Below are positions 46,041-56,009 of a DNA stretch of 64,000 nt, in pieces. Location: the NCBI GenBank assembly GCA_963719495.1, contig CAVRCI010000014.1, forward strand, positions 128,001-192,000, in the 5' to 3' direction. Source of the DNA: an uncultured Verrucomicrobiae bacterium (lineage in GTDB: Bacteria; Verrucomicrobiota; Verrucomicrobiia; Chthoniobacterales; JAATET01). Each line of letters begins with the position of its first letter. Within the stretch, counting starts at the first letter, position 1. The notes under the pieces are model-generated. The model saw only the letters and a list, made by a program, of their open reading frames with translations. It was not told the origin of the DNA and made no database searches. The position numbers and the translations under genes were made by a program.

Positions 46041-46675
46041 TGGGCCGACTGGGTTACGGTTATGTAGGCCTGCCGCTCGTGGGTCGGTGTTTTAGGGAAA
46101 GCGAGATTGAGCTTCCGTTCCCGAACCAGGCTGGTGAGGTATTGGTTGCGCAGGGTTTCGGGCTTCCGGTTTACGAGTTCCGCAAGGCACCGCAAGGTGA
46201 CAAATCGGCCCTCGCAGAGACTGAGAACGACTGAAATCAGAACTTCTCGGTCCACTTTGCCCTTGTCTCGCGGCTCTCGTGCGAGGGTTTCCAAAGTCGA
46301 CCGAAACACCGGCGAAAGCAGGCTGAGATCGTCCACCATAGGCAGCCCCAGTTGCTCCGAGATCAGGCAGCCTTTTGAATCCCGGTTTTCGTTCAAATTC
46401 GAGGAGCTCCGGCTCAAATTCGAGGAGCTGCCCCCTGAATTCGGGGAGCTCGGAAGCGCAAATTGAGTGGGCGGACCAAACACATCGTCTGGAGTCGGAA
46501 TAGCCTCGCCTGGCAGGTGGTAAACAGCTCCGCGCCCACCTGTAGAATCCAGCATCCCTGCGTGGGTCAAGTGCTGGAGTGTTTTGGACAAATCGACCGG
46601 ATGCTCGGTCGCATAGCCCAACTCCCCGAACCATTCGAGCGCGGTGTTTTCGACGATGGATTCGTTGAAGGTCAT
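46037..46675 (-). pseudogene. Chimeric ORF: 22-aa HsdR N-terminus copy fused to the C-terminal (winged-HTH-like) part of another protein
   Basis: MTFNESIVENTALEWFGELGYA matches the HsdR start, then switches to EHPVDLSKTLQHL...GRGAVYHL...[14 protein letters not shown]. Confidence 0.65.
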
Positions 46676-46686
46676 AGTTCTAGCCA

Positions 46687-46821
46687 ATGTCGCGGCTTAA
46701 CCGTTCTATGGCGTGAAATCTCCGAACCGCGACATCATGTCGCGATTCATGTCGCGATCCCGCTTTCGGCTGCCATTCAGGCTGCCTATCGCGACATGCT
46801 GTCGTGATTCGTGTCGCGATC
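46687..46821. repeat. 32-bp direct repeat at a 62-bp period (two full copies plus a partial one) with 30-bp unique spacers
   Basis: 46728-59 cgcgacatcatgtcgcgattcatgtcgcgatc; 46790-821 cgcgacatgctgtcgtgattcgtgtcgcgatc; partial atgtcgcgg at 46687. Confidence 0.8.
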
Positions 46822-48295
46822 ATGGTTTGAGATATTCGGTTGCAGGGCCGCTGCCGACTCGGCGAACCAGTCCTAGTTCTACGAAATGTGTCAGATGGCG
46901 TTGGGCCGTCCGGGCAGTAACTCCAAGTTCCCTCGCGTATTCGCCCTGAGTGGTCCCGGTCCGCCCCGCCAAGAAAGTCCAACCCTTCTGTTTTGCACCA
47001 GACAATTGATCGAGAACGGAACGGTCCAAAGATTTTGTCGCACTGTCGGCACTCCGGTAAATCGTCAGCACGAGGGAATCGGCTTCCATCGAATAGTTTG
47101 GGAGTGGAAGTCCGAGTTCCTCTGCGTGTCGTTTCAGGCTGGTCAGACCAAATCCCTGTTCCTCAGCCATGCCCATGCGGCCAAAAACATAATGCAGTAG
47201 GGGATTGCGGCTCTTGATTGGAGCTTCGAACGTCTTCATCTGCTCCAGAGTGATTGGCGGAATCGGCCCACCGGGACTCTTAATTGTGATCATGTCGTGA
47301 TTCACGAGCACCTGGCACTTTTGTCCGGCCAGGTCGTAATCTCGGTGAATCAGGGCATTCACCACTGCTTCACGAATCATCTCGAACGGTAGATCTACTT
47401 GCTCGCGTCGTTCCATCCGGCTCCGGTCGAGCGTGCTTGGCAAAACCTTCTTCAACCACGTCTCAAGCTCATTGGGTATGAACACCAACGCTTGCCCGAA
47501 CTCCATGCGAGAGGACTTGCCGCCCCCCAATTCTGCCCGGGCCAACAATCTCGCCTGAGGCATGGCAATGCTGGGGTCGTTGCCGAAGAGGGCCAACCCG
47601 AAACCCGAAGGAACAATCTCGTCTCCCACATCCACCAGGATTCCCTGCTGGAGCAAAAAGCGCTGGAAATCCGCCGACCCCGCTGCCACCGCGAACTTCG
47701 CCTTCGATTGGTAGCGTTTGAGCGCCTCTTCGGACAGGTCTCCAAATGTAACGGCTGGGATTGGATCTTCATACTTCGACAGCTTGATGGGCTGTTCTTC
47801 CGGTTTTACCAATTGCTGTCTGGCCCATTCAAAGAAGTGCTTGTTCTCCTCAAGGATGATCTCCTGCAAATCTAGGTCGAACATGTGAACGGTCACTCCG
47901 TGACGACGCAAATGCTCAATGCCTTTTCCCTTTACCGCTGGGTTGTCATCCTCAATCCCCACCCAGACTTCTTTGATCCGGGCGCTGACGATTTGCCGGG
48001 CACACCCACGCTTCGGATGATTGCGGTTCAAGCAAGGTTCCAGGGTGCCGAAGAGAACGCTCCCATCCAGCTTCTCGCCGACACACTTCCGCTCCAGCAG
48101 GGTGAACTCGGCATGGTTGCCTTCGCGTAACTCGCCGCGGGCGGCTGTCTTGATGGAACCATCTGGCGTGACAAGCACGGCACCGACCAGCGGGTTTGGT
48201 TTTCCGTCGGTGCGCTTCTCAGCTACAGACGAACGCATCACCGCGATGGCCTTTTCCATCAGCTTGCGCGGGTCGAATTTCGTCTTCGTTGCCAT
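46820..48295 (-). CDS. Zn-deaminase (RibD/CDA-like) + HATPase_c_4 (RecG-C-like) + HTH fusion
   Basis: NPLVGAVLV, HAE, TLEPC-x9-C; REAVVNALIHRDY, SPGG, RNPLL, EQGFG; C-terminal YARELGVTARTAQRHL. Confidence 0.8.
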   Translation of the reverse strand: MATKTKFDPRKLMEKAIAVMRSSVAEKRTDGKPNPLVGAVLVTPDGSIKTAARGELREGNHAEFTLLERKCVGEKLDGSVLFGTLEPCLNRNHPKRGCARQIVSARIKEVWVGIEDDNPAVKGKGIEHLRRHGVTVHMFDLDLQEIILEENKHFFEWARQQLVKPEEQPIKLSKYEDPIPAVTFGDLSEEALKRYQSKAKFAVAAGSADFQRFLLQQGILVDVGDEIVPSGFGLALFGNDPSIAMPQARLLARAELGGGKSSRMEFGQALVFIPNELETWLKKVLPSTLDRSRMERREQVDLPFEMIREAVVNALIHRDYDLAGQKCQVLVNHDMITIKSPGGPIPPITLEQMKTFEAPIKSRNPLLHYVFGRMGMAEEQGFGLTSLKRHAEELGLPLPNYSMEADSLVLTIYRSADSATKSLDRSVLDQLSGAKQKGWTFLAGRTGTTQGEYARELGVTARTAQRHLTHFVELGLVRRVGSGPATEYLKP

Positions 48296-48387
48296 GGTGA
48301 CTAGAGTTGGTGTTTGTGGGCGGAGGTGGTGGTGATCATCATCGTCGCGCTCGTCGTCTTGCTGCTCATGGTTCTGATGCTGCTACT

Positions 48388-48660
48388 TCCGCCACGCTCA
48401 GCCACTTCGGCAGCAGCGTGTCGCGCAGGATGGCGTGGGTGCGGGACGGAATGGCCGGGCATCAATCATGTGGCCTCGCGCAAGCGCCCCACCAGCACCA
48501 CCTCGCCAAACGAATTGACTTCGTCTGTCTCCGCTGCGCTCCGGCTCCGCTCCGCCACCGGTTCACCGGGCGCGAGATGCGGCCCGTGCCCGACCGCATA
48601 GCCCAGCTCCCCGAACCATTCGAGGGCGGCGTCTTCGACGATGGATTCGTTGAGGCTCAT
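48388..48660 (-). pseudogene. Spacer formed by an hsdR 5' copy (48447-48660) fused to an hsdS 3' copy (48388-48446)
   Basis: [15 protein letters not shown]...GRLREA is near-identical to 45881-46040; [16 protein letters not shown] matches hsdS 50521-50590. Confidence 0.85.
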
Positions 48661-48669
48661 GGGTGGTAT

Positions 48670-49701
48670 CTATGCGATGTGCAACCACGCCGTCTGGTGC
48701 TTTTCGAGCGTCTGCTGGCGCTTCAACTGATATGAAGGAAGCGCGTTGATAAGTGAACCGAAGAGCGCGGGCCAGTTACCTGAAAGGATGGATGTCAGAA
48801 CTGAGGTTCCCTTCGTCAAGGCCATGTCCCCTCCTTCAAGCTTCAGTATCTCCTGAAGATGGCGGAAATCATCACGAATCTCTGCCGCGAATTCCTGTTC
48901 GATTTGCTCCACATCCGCAGGTGATTTTGCGTCCTTCTTGATTCGCTCAACATACCGGTCAACCGCTGATCGGTAGTTCCTGCGCAAGGGCGGAAGAAGT
49001 CCGTCTTCCTGTTCCCGCCGCCGCAACGCCACCAACTTACCAAGCGGAAATTTTCCCGCATCAACCGACTTCAACGAAATCGACGCCAAACTGGTGTAGG
49101 CGCGTTGAACGTCGGGTTGGTAATCCTGAACCGCTCCGGTCTGCGTTGCCACAAGGCGACTGAACGCCTCGTGGGCGTCTTTATAGTTCGTCACCTTTCT
49201 GTGTGTTCCGCCGGCACAGATGTCCGCGATCATCCCCATCACAATAAGACCGAAGTCTCGTTGCAGGCCATAGTATCCGTCGCTTCCATCGCTAACGACG
49301 CCTGCGCCATGAAGTAGATCCCAAATCTTCTGACTTAGCTTTTCAGGATACATGTTGTAGTTGTCCACCTGCACCTTGAAACGAAGCGACTCCGGGACAC
49401 CTCCAGCTATCAACTTCTCCAACTGCGCAAAGAGTTCGCCCTTCTCTGGGGCGGTCAACGATCTTGGCTTAACGACCATTTCAAATGCTTCCCGAATGGC
49501 CCTTTCGTCTTCCCTTTGATTTTGACCAATCATCGGTGACGGCTGGAACTGCGGATCGGGAACGATAACCTCCAATGAGTCCCACAACAGAACTGCGGTG
49601 GTAAGAAGTTTCAAGTCTGTTCGGTCGTAGTCTTGGCTTTGCCCAGCAAGGCGCGGAGCAACGATTGTGACGTTCGGATAATAGAGGGCTGCGGTGCTCA
49701 T
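48670..49701 (-). CDS. Hypothetical protein, DUF6236-like
   Basis: ALYYP...LLTTAVLLWD.LEVIVP N-terminus; lower GC; ATGA-coupled to the upstream Abi gene. Confidence 0.6.
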   Translation of the reverse strand: MSTAALYYPNVTIVAPRLAGQSQDYDRTDLKLLTTAVLLWDSLEVIVPDPQFQPSPMIGQNQREDERAIREAFEMVVKPRSLTAPEKGELFAQLEKLIAGGVPESLRFKVQVDNYNMYPEKLSQKIWDLLHGAGVVSDGSDGYYGLQRDFGLIVMGMIADICAGGTHRKVTNYKDAHEAFSRLVATQTGAVQDYQPDVQRAYTSLASISLKSVDAGKFPLGKLVALRRREQEDGLLPPLRRNYRSAVDRYVERIKKDAKSPADVEQIEQEFAAEIRDDFRHLQEILKLEGGDMALTKGTSVLTSILSGNWPALFGSLINALPSYQLKRQQTLEKHQTAWLHIA

Positions 49702-50498
49702 GTTTTGGTTTCCTTGTGGGTTTCAAAAAGAAAAACTGTCAGGGTCGCTGCGGCACCAACTGCCAGCTTCGCGTGCCGGGTGCTCAAGCCCGATGCGCTT
49801 CCGTGTTTGCCGTGGCCGGTGCCATAAAGCCCACGAAGTTCAGCGAGGCCGTTGCCGATAGTTCCTAGGTTGCTCAAGAGGCGCTTGATGACATCAGCAC
49901 CGCGAGCGGCATCGGGAACCCCTTCCGGAACAAGCTTCAGTTCCTTGAGTGTCTCCTTCGTCAGCGTCGAAACGTCAGGAGTGCCTGACACGGGCTTGCC
50001 GCGCTCTGCAAGGATGGTTTTGCAGCAGGTCTCGATGAGTTCTTTCGCGGTTCCGATGGCAAGACTTGGGTCGGTCTCGACGGATGCCTCCATCCGCCGA
50101 ATCTGTTCCGCGAGGTGGTTTACGTTGAGAACCTTTGCGTGTTCCTTGAGTGGGCCGAGGCTCGGGCCTCCAGCGAGAAGGCGCGTCGCAATCTGGCGGC
50201 ACTTATCGGCGAGAGCTTTTGCTTCTGCATCTCGATCTGCGTTGAGTGACGCATCGTAGTCAATCAACGCGAGGATGAGTTTGCCGACGGTATAGTCGGC
50301 TTCGAGTTTCCAGAGGGTGCGGAGTTTCTTTGCCTTCGACGTGCCTTCCGCCGTGAATTTCTCGTCGTGGATGTTGATGCCGACAGTTTCGAACACGAAC
50401 TCTCCAAACGTGCGGTCGGAGAAGTTCAGAACGTAGCCGGACGACATCCCGAAAAACTTTTCGAGGTTGTGGCGCTCTGCCATCGAGAACGTGCTCAT
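49698..50498 (-). CDS. Abortive-infection family protein (Abi_C domain; AbiJ-like N-terminus)
   Basis: FGMSSGYVLNFSDRTF, GTSKAKKLR; AIGTAKELIETCCKTIL, LAELRGLYGTGHG; start reset to ATG 50498, which overlaps the hsdS stop. Confidence 0.82.
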   Translation of the reverse strand: MSTFSMAERHNLEKFFGMSSGYVLNFSDRTFGEFVFETVGINIHDEKFTAEGTSKAKKLRTLWKLEADYTVGKLILALIDYDASLNADRDAEAKALADKCRQIATRLLAGGPSLGPLKEHAKVLNVNHLAEQIRRMEASVETDPSLAIGTAKELIETCCKTILAERGKPVSGTPDVSTLTKETLKELKLVPEGVPDAARGADVIKRLLSNLGTIGNGLAELRGLYGTGHGKHGSASGLSTRHAKLAVGAAATLTVFLFETHKETKT

Positions 50499-51961
50499 GC
50501 CGGAACCTCCTTTTCGACCTCTGCCACGCTCAACTCCCCGCTCAGCAGCTTCGGCAGCAGCGTGTCGCGCAGGGTGGCGAGGGTGCGGGATTGGTGGAGG
50601 TTTGCGGTGATTTGCGCGTAGAGCGGAGCGACTTTGGCGGTGAAGGCGGCCATGAGTTCCTTCGACGGCAGCACGACGCGGATGGGGCGGAAGTTCTGTT
50701 TGCTGATTTCGGCGAAGGTCGTGCCAGTGGCGCGGCTTTCGATCTCGGCCATGTTCGTCTGGCACCAGTTCAGCATGAAGAAGTTTGAGGCGCGTTCGTT
50801 GCACTTCAGCGCGATGAAGCCCTGATTGATGGCGACGGGCATGGCGGCGATGGCAAGGTAGCCGACGGGGGCGCGGGAGGAAAGCAGCAGCGTCCCAGCG
50901 GGAAGCAGGCCGGATGAAATCTTGGCGATGCCGGCGTCAGTGAGCTTGCGGTCGGTGTCGAGGAGGACGGGCGCTTGAAGCGACGAGAAGTCCTTCGGTG
51001 TCGTCCAGTGATGCGTGCCGCCTTCCCAATACTTCGGCTCGGCTGTGCTTGGGGTTCCGCCGCCGACGCATTCGACGACTTCGCCGACGGGCTGGGTGGT
51101 CCAGCCTTTCGGGATGTGACCGGCCTCGGAGTCATGGAAGGAGTCGGAGAAGAGGGCGGCGGTGGCGGGGTCGAGGGCGGCGGGGGTGCGGTTGTCGAGT
51201 TTGGCGCGGACGGGGTCGAAATCCAAGCCGGAGGCACCCTCACCCTCCGCTGCGCTCCTCCCTCTCCCACTGGGAGAGGGCTGGGGTGAGGGTTGATTTC
51301 GATCCATGTTCTGCCGAACTGGATCGAAATCAATAAACCAGCTCTGGAAGAGCGCCCGCGCCATCGCCTCCAGCGTCGCGTTCATCCGCCGGTTCAACTC
51401 GATCTTGTCGTCCAGCGCCCCAAGCACCGCCGCGATGGCTTTTTGCTCGGTGAGGGGTGGGAGCGCGAACGGCACCGCGCTCATAATCGACGTGTTCAGA
51501 TTCGGCATCGTTGCGCCAACCGCGTGACGAACAATCCATTCCCTGATGGCGGGGTGACCGAGAAATAGTGAAGCAAACAGCGGGTCAACTACACCGCTCC
51601 CAAGTCGAACCTTTAAACAGCCAGTGCCGCAGAACCAACCTTCTTCGCGTCCCCTGATGAGCGCCCGTTTCTCAACATCTCCACGTCGGCTGTAAATGAT
51701 GTCGCCCGCCCTCAATCGGTGCTGGCCCAATCGATTGGCGTCCTCCTCGGTGATGCGGACGATTCCATCCTCGACGATTCGGTTCTCGCCGATGTTCGTC
51801 GGCATGATGGATGGAACGCCGACCGGCACATAATCCGAAGCGTGAAGCTGGCTGCCGAACGGGCCAGTTTGAATATTGCCACCACCGCGTTGGCAAATTT
51901 CACCAAGCGTTGTGAACTCCCAATGGTCGGGAATTTCGCCGTTGATGAGGTCAACCGCCAT
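50495..51961 (-). CDS. hsdS: Type I RM specificity subunit
   Basis: Two TRDs; [36 protein letters not shown]. Confidence 0.95.
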   Translation of the reverse strand: MAVDLINGEIPDHWEFTTLGEICQRGGGNIQTGPFGSQLHASDYVPVGVPSIMPTNIGENRIVEDGIVRITEEDANRLGQHRLRAGDIIYSRRGDVEKRALIRGREEGWFCGTGCLKVRLGSGVVDPLFASLFLGHPAIREWIVRHAVGATMPNLNTSIMSAVPFALPPLTEQKAIAAVLGALDDKIELNRRMNATLEAMARALFQSWFIDFDPVRQNMDRNQPSPQPSPSGRGRSAAEGEGASGLDFDPVRAKLDNRTPAALDPATAALFSDSFHDSEAGHIPKGWTTQPVGEVVECVGGGTPSTAEPKYWEGGTHHWTTPKDFSSLQAPVLLDTDRKLTDAGIAKISSGLLPAGTLLLSSRAPVGYLAIAAMPVAINQGFIALKCNERASNFFMLNWCQTNMAEIESRATGTTFAEISKQNFRPIRVVLPSKELMAAFTAKVAPLYAQITANLHQSRTLATLRDTLLPKLLSGELSVAEVEKEVPA

Positions 51962-52774
51962 AACCCAGCCCCCTCAGGTTTGCTTTGATGGCCTGCTCCA
52001 GTTTTGCGGACTCGGCGAACTGGGCGTGCAGTTCGGCGACGAGGCGCGGCATCTTTTCCTCGAAGGGGTCGCCGTCGTCTTCGATTTCCTCGGCGCCGAC
52101 GTAGCGGCCGGGCGTTAAAGCCCAGCCGTGACTTGCGATTTCGGCGGTGGTGGCGGATTTGCAAAAGCCGGGGATGTCCTGATAGATCCACGCCGGATCG
52201 GGATCGACTAATGCACTAATTCCATTGCCTCGGTCCACTTCCCCCATCTCAATATCCGCCCGCCAACTGTGGTAGGTGCGAACGATTTTCTCGATATCGA
52301 GGTCGGTCAGTTCGCGATGGACGCGGTCAATCAGAGTTCCCATTTTCCGCGCATCAATGAAGAGCGTCTCTCGCTGGCGGGCGCGTAGTTTATCCGGCCC
52401 TTCCTCTCCGCGCTGCTTCGGCAAGGTGCGTGCGGCTTTGCTCTTGGTGAGGAACCACAGGCAGACCGGGATCTGCGTGCTGTAGAAGAGCTGGCCGGGG
52501 AGGGCGACCATGCAGTCCACGAGGTCGGCGTCGATGATGGCTTTGCGAATTTCCCCTTCGCCGGACTGGTTGGAGGACATGCTGCCATTGGCGAGGACGA
52601 AGCCGGCCATGCCCTGCGGCGCGAGGTGGTGGATGAAGTGCTGCACCCAGGCGAAGTTCGCGTTGCCCTTGGGCGGAACGCCGAACTGCCAGCGCACGTC
52701 GTCGTCCTTGCGGTGCCAGTCGGAGTCGTTGAAGGGCGGGTTGGCGAGGACATAGTCGGCGCGAAGATCCGGAT

Positions 52775-54524
52775 GGGTGCAGGACAAAATTCTTCAAATC
52801 ATGCGGCGAGGGGGAGCGTGTCGTTCTCAGCGGCGCGTGAGTTGAGGCGGTATTTCCAGAACGAGTTCGTTCTGCGGCTGGCATGGATGCACCGGAAGGC
52901 GAGGACTTTGTCCGCGCCAGGCTCGCCCCAGAACATGCCCGATTGCTTGCATCGCTTTCCGATGAGTGAGCGGCAGCCGGCTTCGACGACTCCGGAGCCG
53001 ATGAAGTATTTTCTGGCCCGGAAGGTTCCGTATTGCATGCGCGGGATGTTGTTCACGAAGTAGCCCAAAGTGGTTTCCACCTGTGCCACATTGCCGCGAA
53101 GGAGGGCTTCCTGGCGCGCCTGCTTGATGATGCGCTCGACCCCGTCGTGAGCGAGGAGTTTTTTCCAGTGATGTCTGCGGCGCTTGTTGCGGGCCTGCTC
53201 CGCTTTGCCCCAGAGGGTTTCGATCAGGGTCTGGAGGTGTTCCATGGCGTGGTAGAAGTCCACGATTTGGACGGCATCCGGAAAGTAATCGTGCCCGAGT
53301 TTTTCCAAGCCGGGGGCTCCGTCGATGAGCAGGACGGTTTCCGGGGCCGAGAACAAGCCGCGCCGAATGGCCTCGCGACGCAGGCTGATTCCAAAGTCCG
53401 AGGGGCTCTGGAAGGCGGAGAGGTAGGTGGTGGAGTCGTGGTCGCGCAGGGGGCGACCTTGGTCATCTTCTTTGGTCTGGGTGAAGACGCAACCGAGCGT
53501 GGCCATGCGGGTTTTGGCTTTTGCGTCGGGGGCTTTGCCTTTGCGGCCAGCGAGCTCTTCCCGGCGCATGGGCACTCCGGTGGCGTCCGCGCTGACGTAG
53601 AGGATCCTGGCCTCGCAGGGGCCGGGGGCCGATTCTCGTTTTTGCCACGCCACGGCGCACTCGCCCGTGCGGCCAACCACACGCTGGATCTGGCGCTCGG
53701 AGACGGAGATGCCGCCAGTTTCCGCGAGGTGGAAGCAAGCCTGCTGGAAGCTGCTTTCATCCGCTCCCTCCAAGCAGATGAGCCGGGCCAGGGCGGGGGT
53801 GTAGGCCCCTTCCAGACCGAGGGCCGAATCGGCCGGGAAGTGGCCGCATTTTTTCCCGGGATGGTAGTAGTATTGGCGCAGCAGCGCGAAGGAGCCGAAC
53901 ATGCCCTGGACCATGAGAACCTCGCGCCCCTTGGCTTGTTCGCCGGGCTTGGGGAGGTAGGCCGCGTCAATGCGCTCGGCGGCTTGCTGCAGGAGCATGG
54001 CCACCAGTTCGTTGGCTGGTTTGAAGATGGCTGTGCGCACGAGGACTTCCAACTCGGCGACGGCAGTTCCGGCTGGCTCTTTGCTGCGGAACGCGGCGAT
54101 CAGGTCTTGGATTTCCGCTTCCTGGGCGAGGCAGATGTTTGGGTCGGGCGTTTTTTTTTAGCCCCGGCCTTGCGATCCTGCCTGCTCTGCGCGGTGATCA
54201 AGTCCGCATACTCGCCGACAAGAGACTGGAAGCGATGATGGGCATCAATGTTCTCCTGGGCTTGGGCCACCTGATCGGCCGGGACGTATTCGGTCACGTT
54301 TCGCCCACCCTCCCTACGCTGGAGATTGAAGTAAGATCCGCTCTGGCCTTGACGGATCACCGAGAGCTTTCCTCGCTCCATGCGGTCGATGGCCGCGATT
54401 TGATCAAGGATGGCACGAGGTGCGGTATTTGGGTTCATCAATCAAACGTATATGTAAACGCATATACTTTGGCAGTAAAAATACCTCGCTGAAATGCTTT
54501 TTCAGAGATTTTTGTCCTGCACCC
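52775..54524 (-). mobile_element. ISKra4/ISLre2-related IS
   Basis: 15-bp TIR GGGTGCAGGACAAAA; 9-bp TSD GATCCGGAT at 52766-74 and 54525-33. Confidence 0.92.
52799..54441 (-). CDS. Transposase made by a probable -1 frameshift joining ORF 54100-54441 to ORF 52799-54052
   Basis: A9 run at 54151-54159 in the overlap; the -1 frame is open into the DDE ORF (DFYHAMEHL, GSGVVEAGC..LIGKRCK). Confidence 0.8.
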
Positions 54525-55571
54525 GATCCGGATGGAGGTCGCGGCGGAAGGTGTCGGCGTGCTCCGGGCCGAAGTCGGCCTCGATGCCGCGCAGGGCGAG
54601 ATTCATCACGGCGAGGCGGCGGGTGGTGGCGTTGCTCTCCTGGCCGTAGATGCTGATGTCGCCGAGCTTGCCGCCGTGGGATTCGACGAATTTTTCCGAC
54701 TGGACGAACATTCCGCCGGAGCCGCAGGCGGGGTCGTAGATGCGGCCCTGGTAGGGGGCAAGCATCTCGACGAGGCAGCGCACGACGCAGGACGGGGTGT
54801 AGAACTGGCCGCCGTTCTTTCCTTCAGCACTCGCAAAGCGGGTGAGGAAATACTCATAGACGCGGCCGAGCAGATCTACCGATCTGTGGGTCGGTCTACC
54901 CTCACCCCCGGCCCCTCTCCCAGAGGTAGAGGGGAGACCGGTTTCTTCGCTCCCTTCTCCCGCTGGGAGAAGGGTTGGGGATGAGGGTTGATTTGACGCG
55001 ATGAGTTCAATCGTCGCGATCAAATCAATAAGTTCGCCGAGGCGCTGTTTGTCGAGGCCGGGGCGGGCGTAGTCCTTGGGGAGGACGCCTTTGAGGCGCG
55101 GGTTGTCGCGCTCGATGGCGACCATGGCGTCGTCCACGGTCTTGCCGATGGTGGGAAGTTTGGCCGACCCCTGAAGGTGGGACCAGCGGGCATCGGCGGG
55201 CACCCAGAAGACGTTCTCGGCTTTGTATTCGTCGGGATCTTCCGGGTTCGCTCCTTGGTAGTCCCCTTCGCCGGCGAGGAGCTTGGCGCGGTGCTCCTCG
55301 AAGGTGTCGGAGATGTATTTGAGGAAGATGAGGCCGAGGACGACGTGCTTGTATTCCGCCGCGTCCATGTTGTTGCGCAGCTTATCGGCAGTGAGCCAGA
55401 GCTTCTGTTCGAAGCCGAGGTTGGCGGTGGAGTCTTTGGGGGAGCGGGTCTTCCGGGTTGCTGGCATCGCAAATCGGGAATGGTATCGAGGCGTCCGAGG
55501 CGGGAGAAGTCATTTGGTGGCAATTCATACCGACGTCCCGAAGGAATCAGACTCTGGGCGAATTGAGTGGA

Positions 55572-55621
55572 ATCGGCTTCCGGTCGATTTATGCTTGGAG
55601 ATCGGCTGGAAGCCGATGTCA
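55572..55621. repeat. REP-like palindrome ATCGGCTTCC...GGAAGCCGATGTCAC (second copy at 56158-56209)
   Basis: Two direct copies flank the antitoxin gene. Confidence 0.7.
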
Positions 55622-55763
55622 CAAACGTCGGGATTCGTCTGATTTCTGGGGGACGTTGCCGATGGCGGCGGTGTTGTCTTTCGCTCGCCGCGTTAGGGCG
55701 GTGAGGCCGTTCACACAGGTCATCTTGAGAGGCGTGGATCAAAGGGGGAAATCCAGTCGAAAA

Positions 55764-56009
55764 TCATGGTGTCGCCCGAAGATCACGGGGCGGCGCGTCC
55801 AAGCTCTGGGCTTCGTCCATCTCGTCCGGCTCCGCTTCCGTGAAAGAGGGGCCGTGCTTCTCCAAATACGCGAGGAGTTCTTGACCGGTGATGCCGCGAG
55901 TCGGGAGCTCGGCGCGCCGGACGACGGCGGTGAAGGATTCGCCGGGGCGTTTGGCGCTGCGGAGCTTTTCGTAGGCGTCGAGTTCCAACGTGATCGTCTT
56001 GGTGGCCAT
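55764..56009 (-). CDS. VapB-like antitoxin (DUF217 type), orphan
   Basis: MATKTITLELDAYEKL...K.PGESF; palindrome TGCACGA-A-TCGTGCA at 56009-56023. Confidence 0.75.
   Translation of the reverse strand: MATKTITLELDAYEKLRSAKRPGESFTAVVRRAELPTRGITGQELLAYLEKHGPSFTEAEPDEMDEAQSLDAPPRDLRATP

Larger units (their letters stand above)
51951..55467 (-). pseudogene. hsdM: Type I RM methyltransferase interrupted by an IS (segments 54525-55467 and 51951-52765)
   Basis: GQFYTP and DPACGSGG in the 5' part, NPPF in the 3' part; rejoins as [10 protein letters not shown]. Confidence 0.93.

Noticed and set aside
46687..46821. CRISPR array call
   Set aside because: Only about 2.3 repeats, no cas genes in the window and no typical repeat end. 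Kept as an unexplained repeat finding instead.
46820..48295. ribD or recG annotation
   Set aside because: No reductase or helicase motifs and no riboflavin context; only isolated domains are shared.
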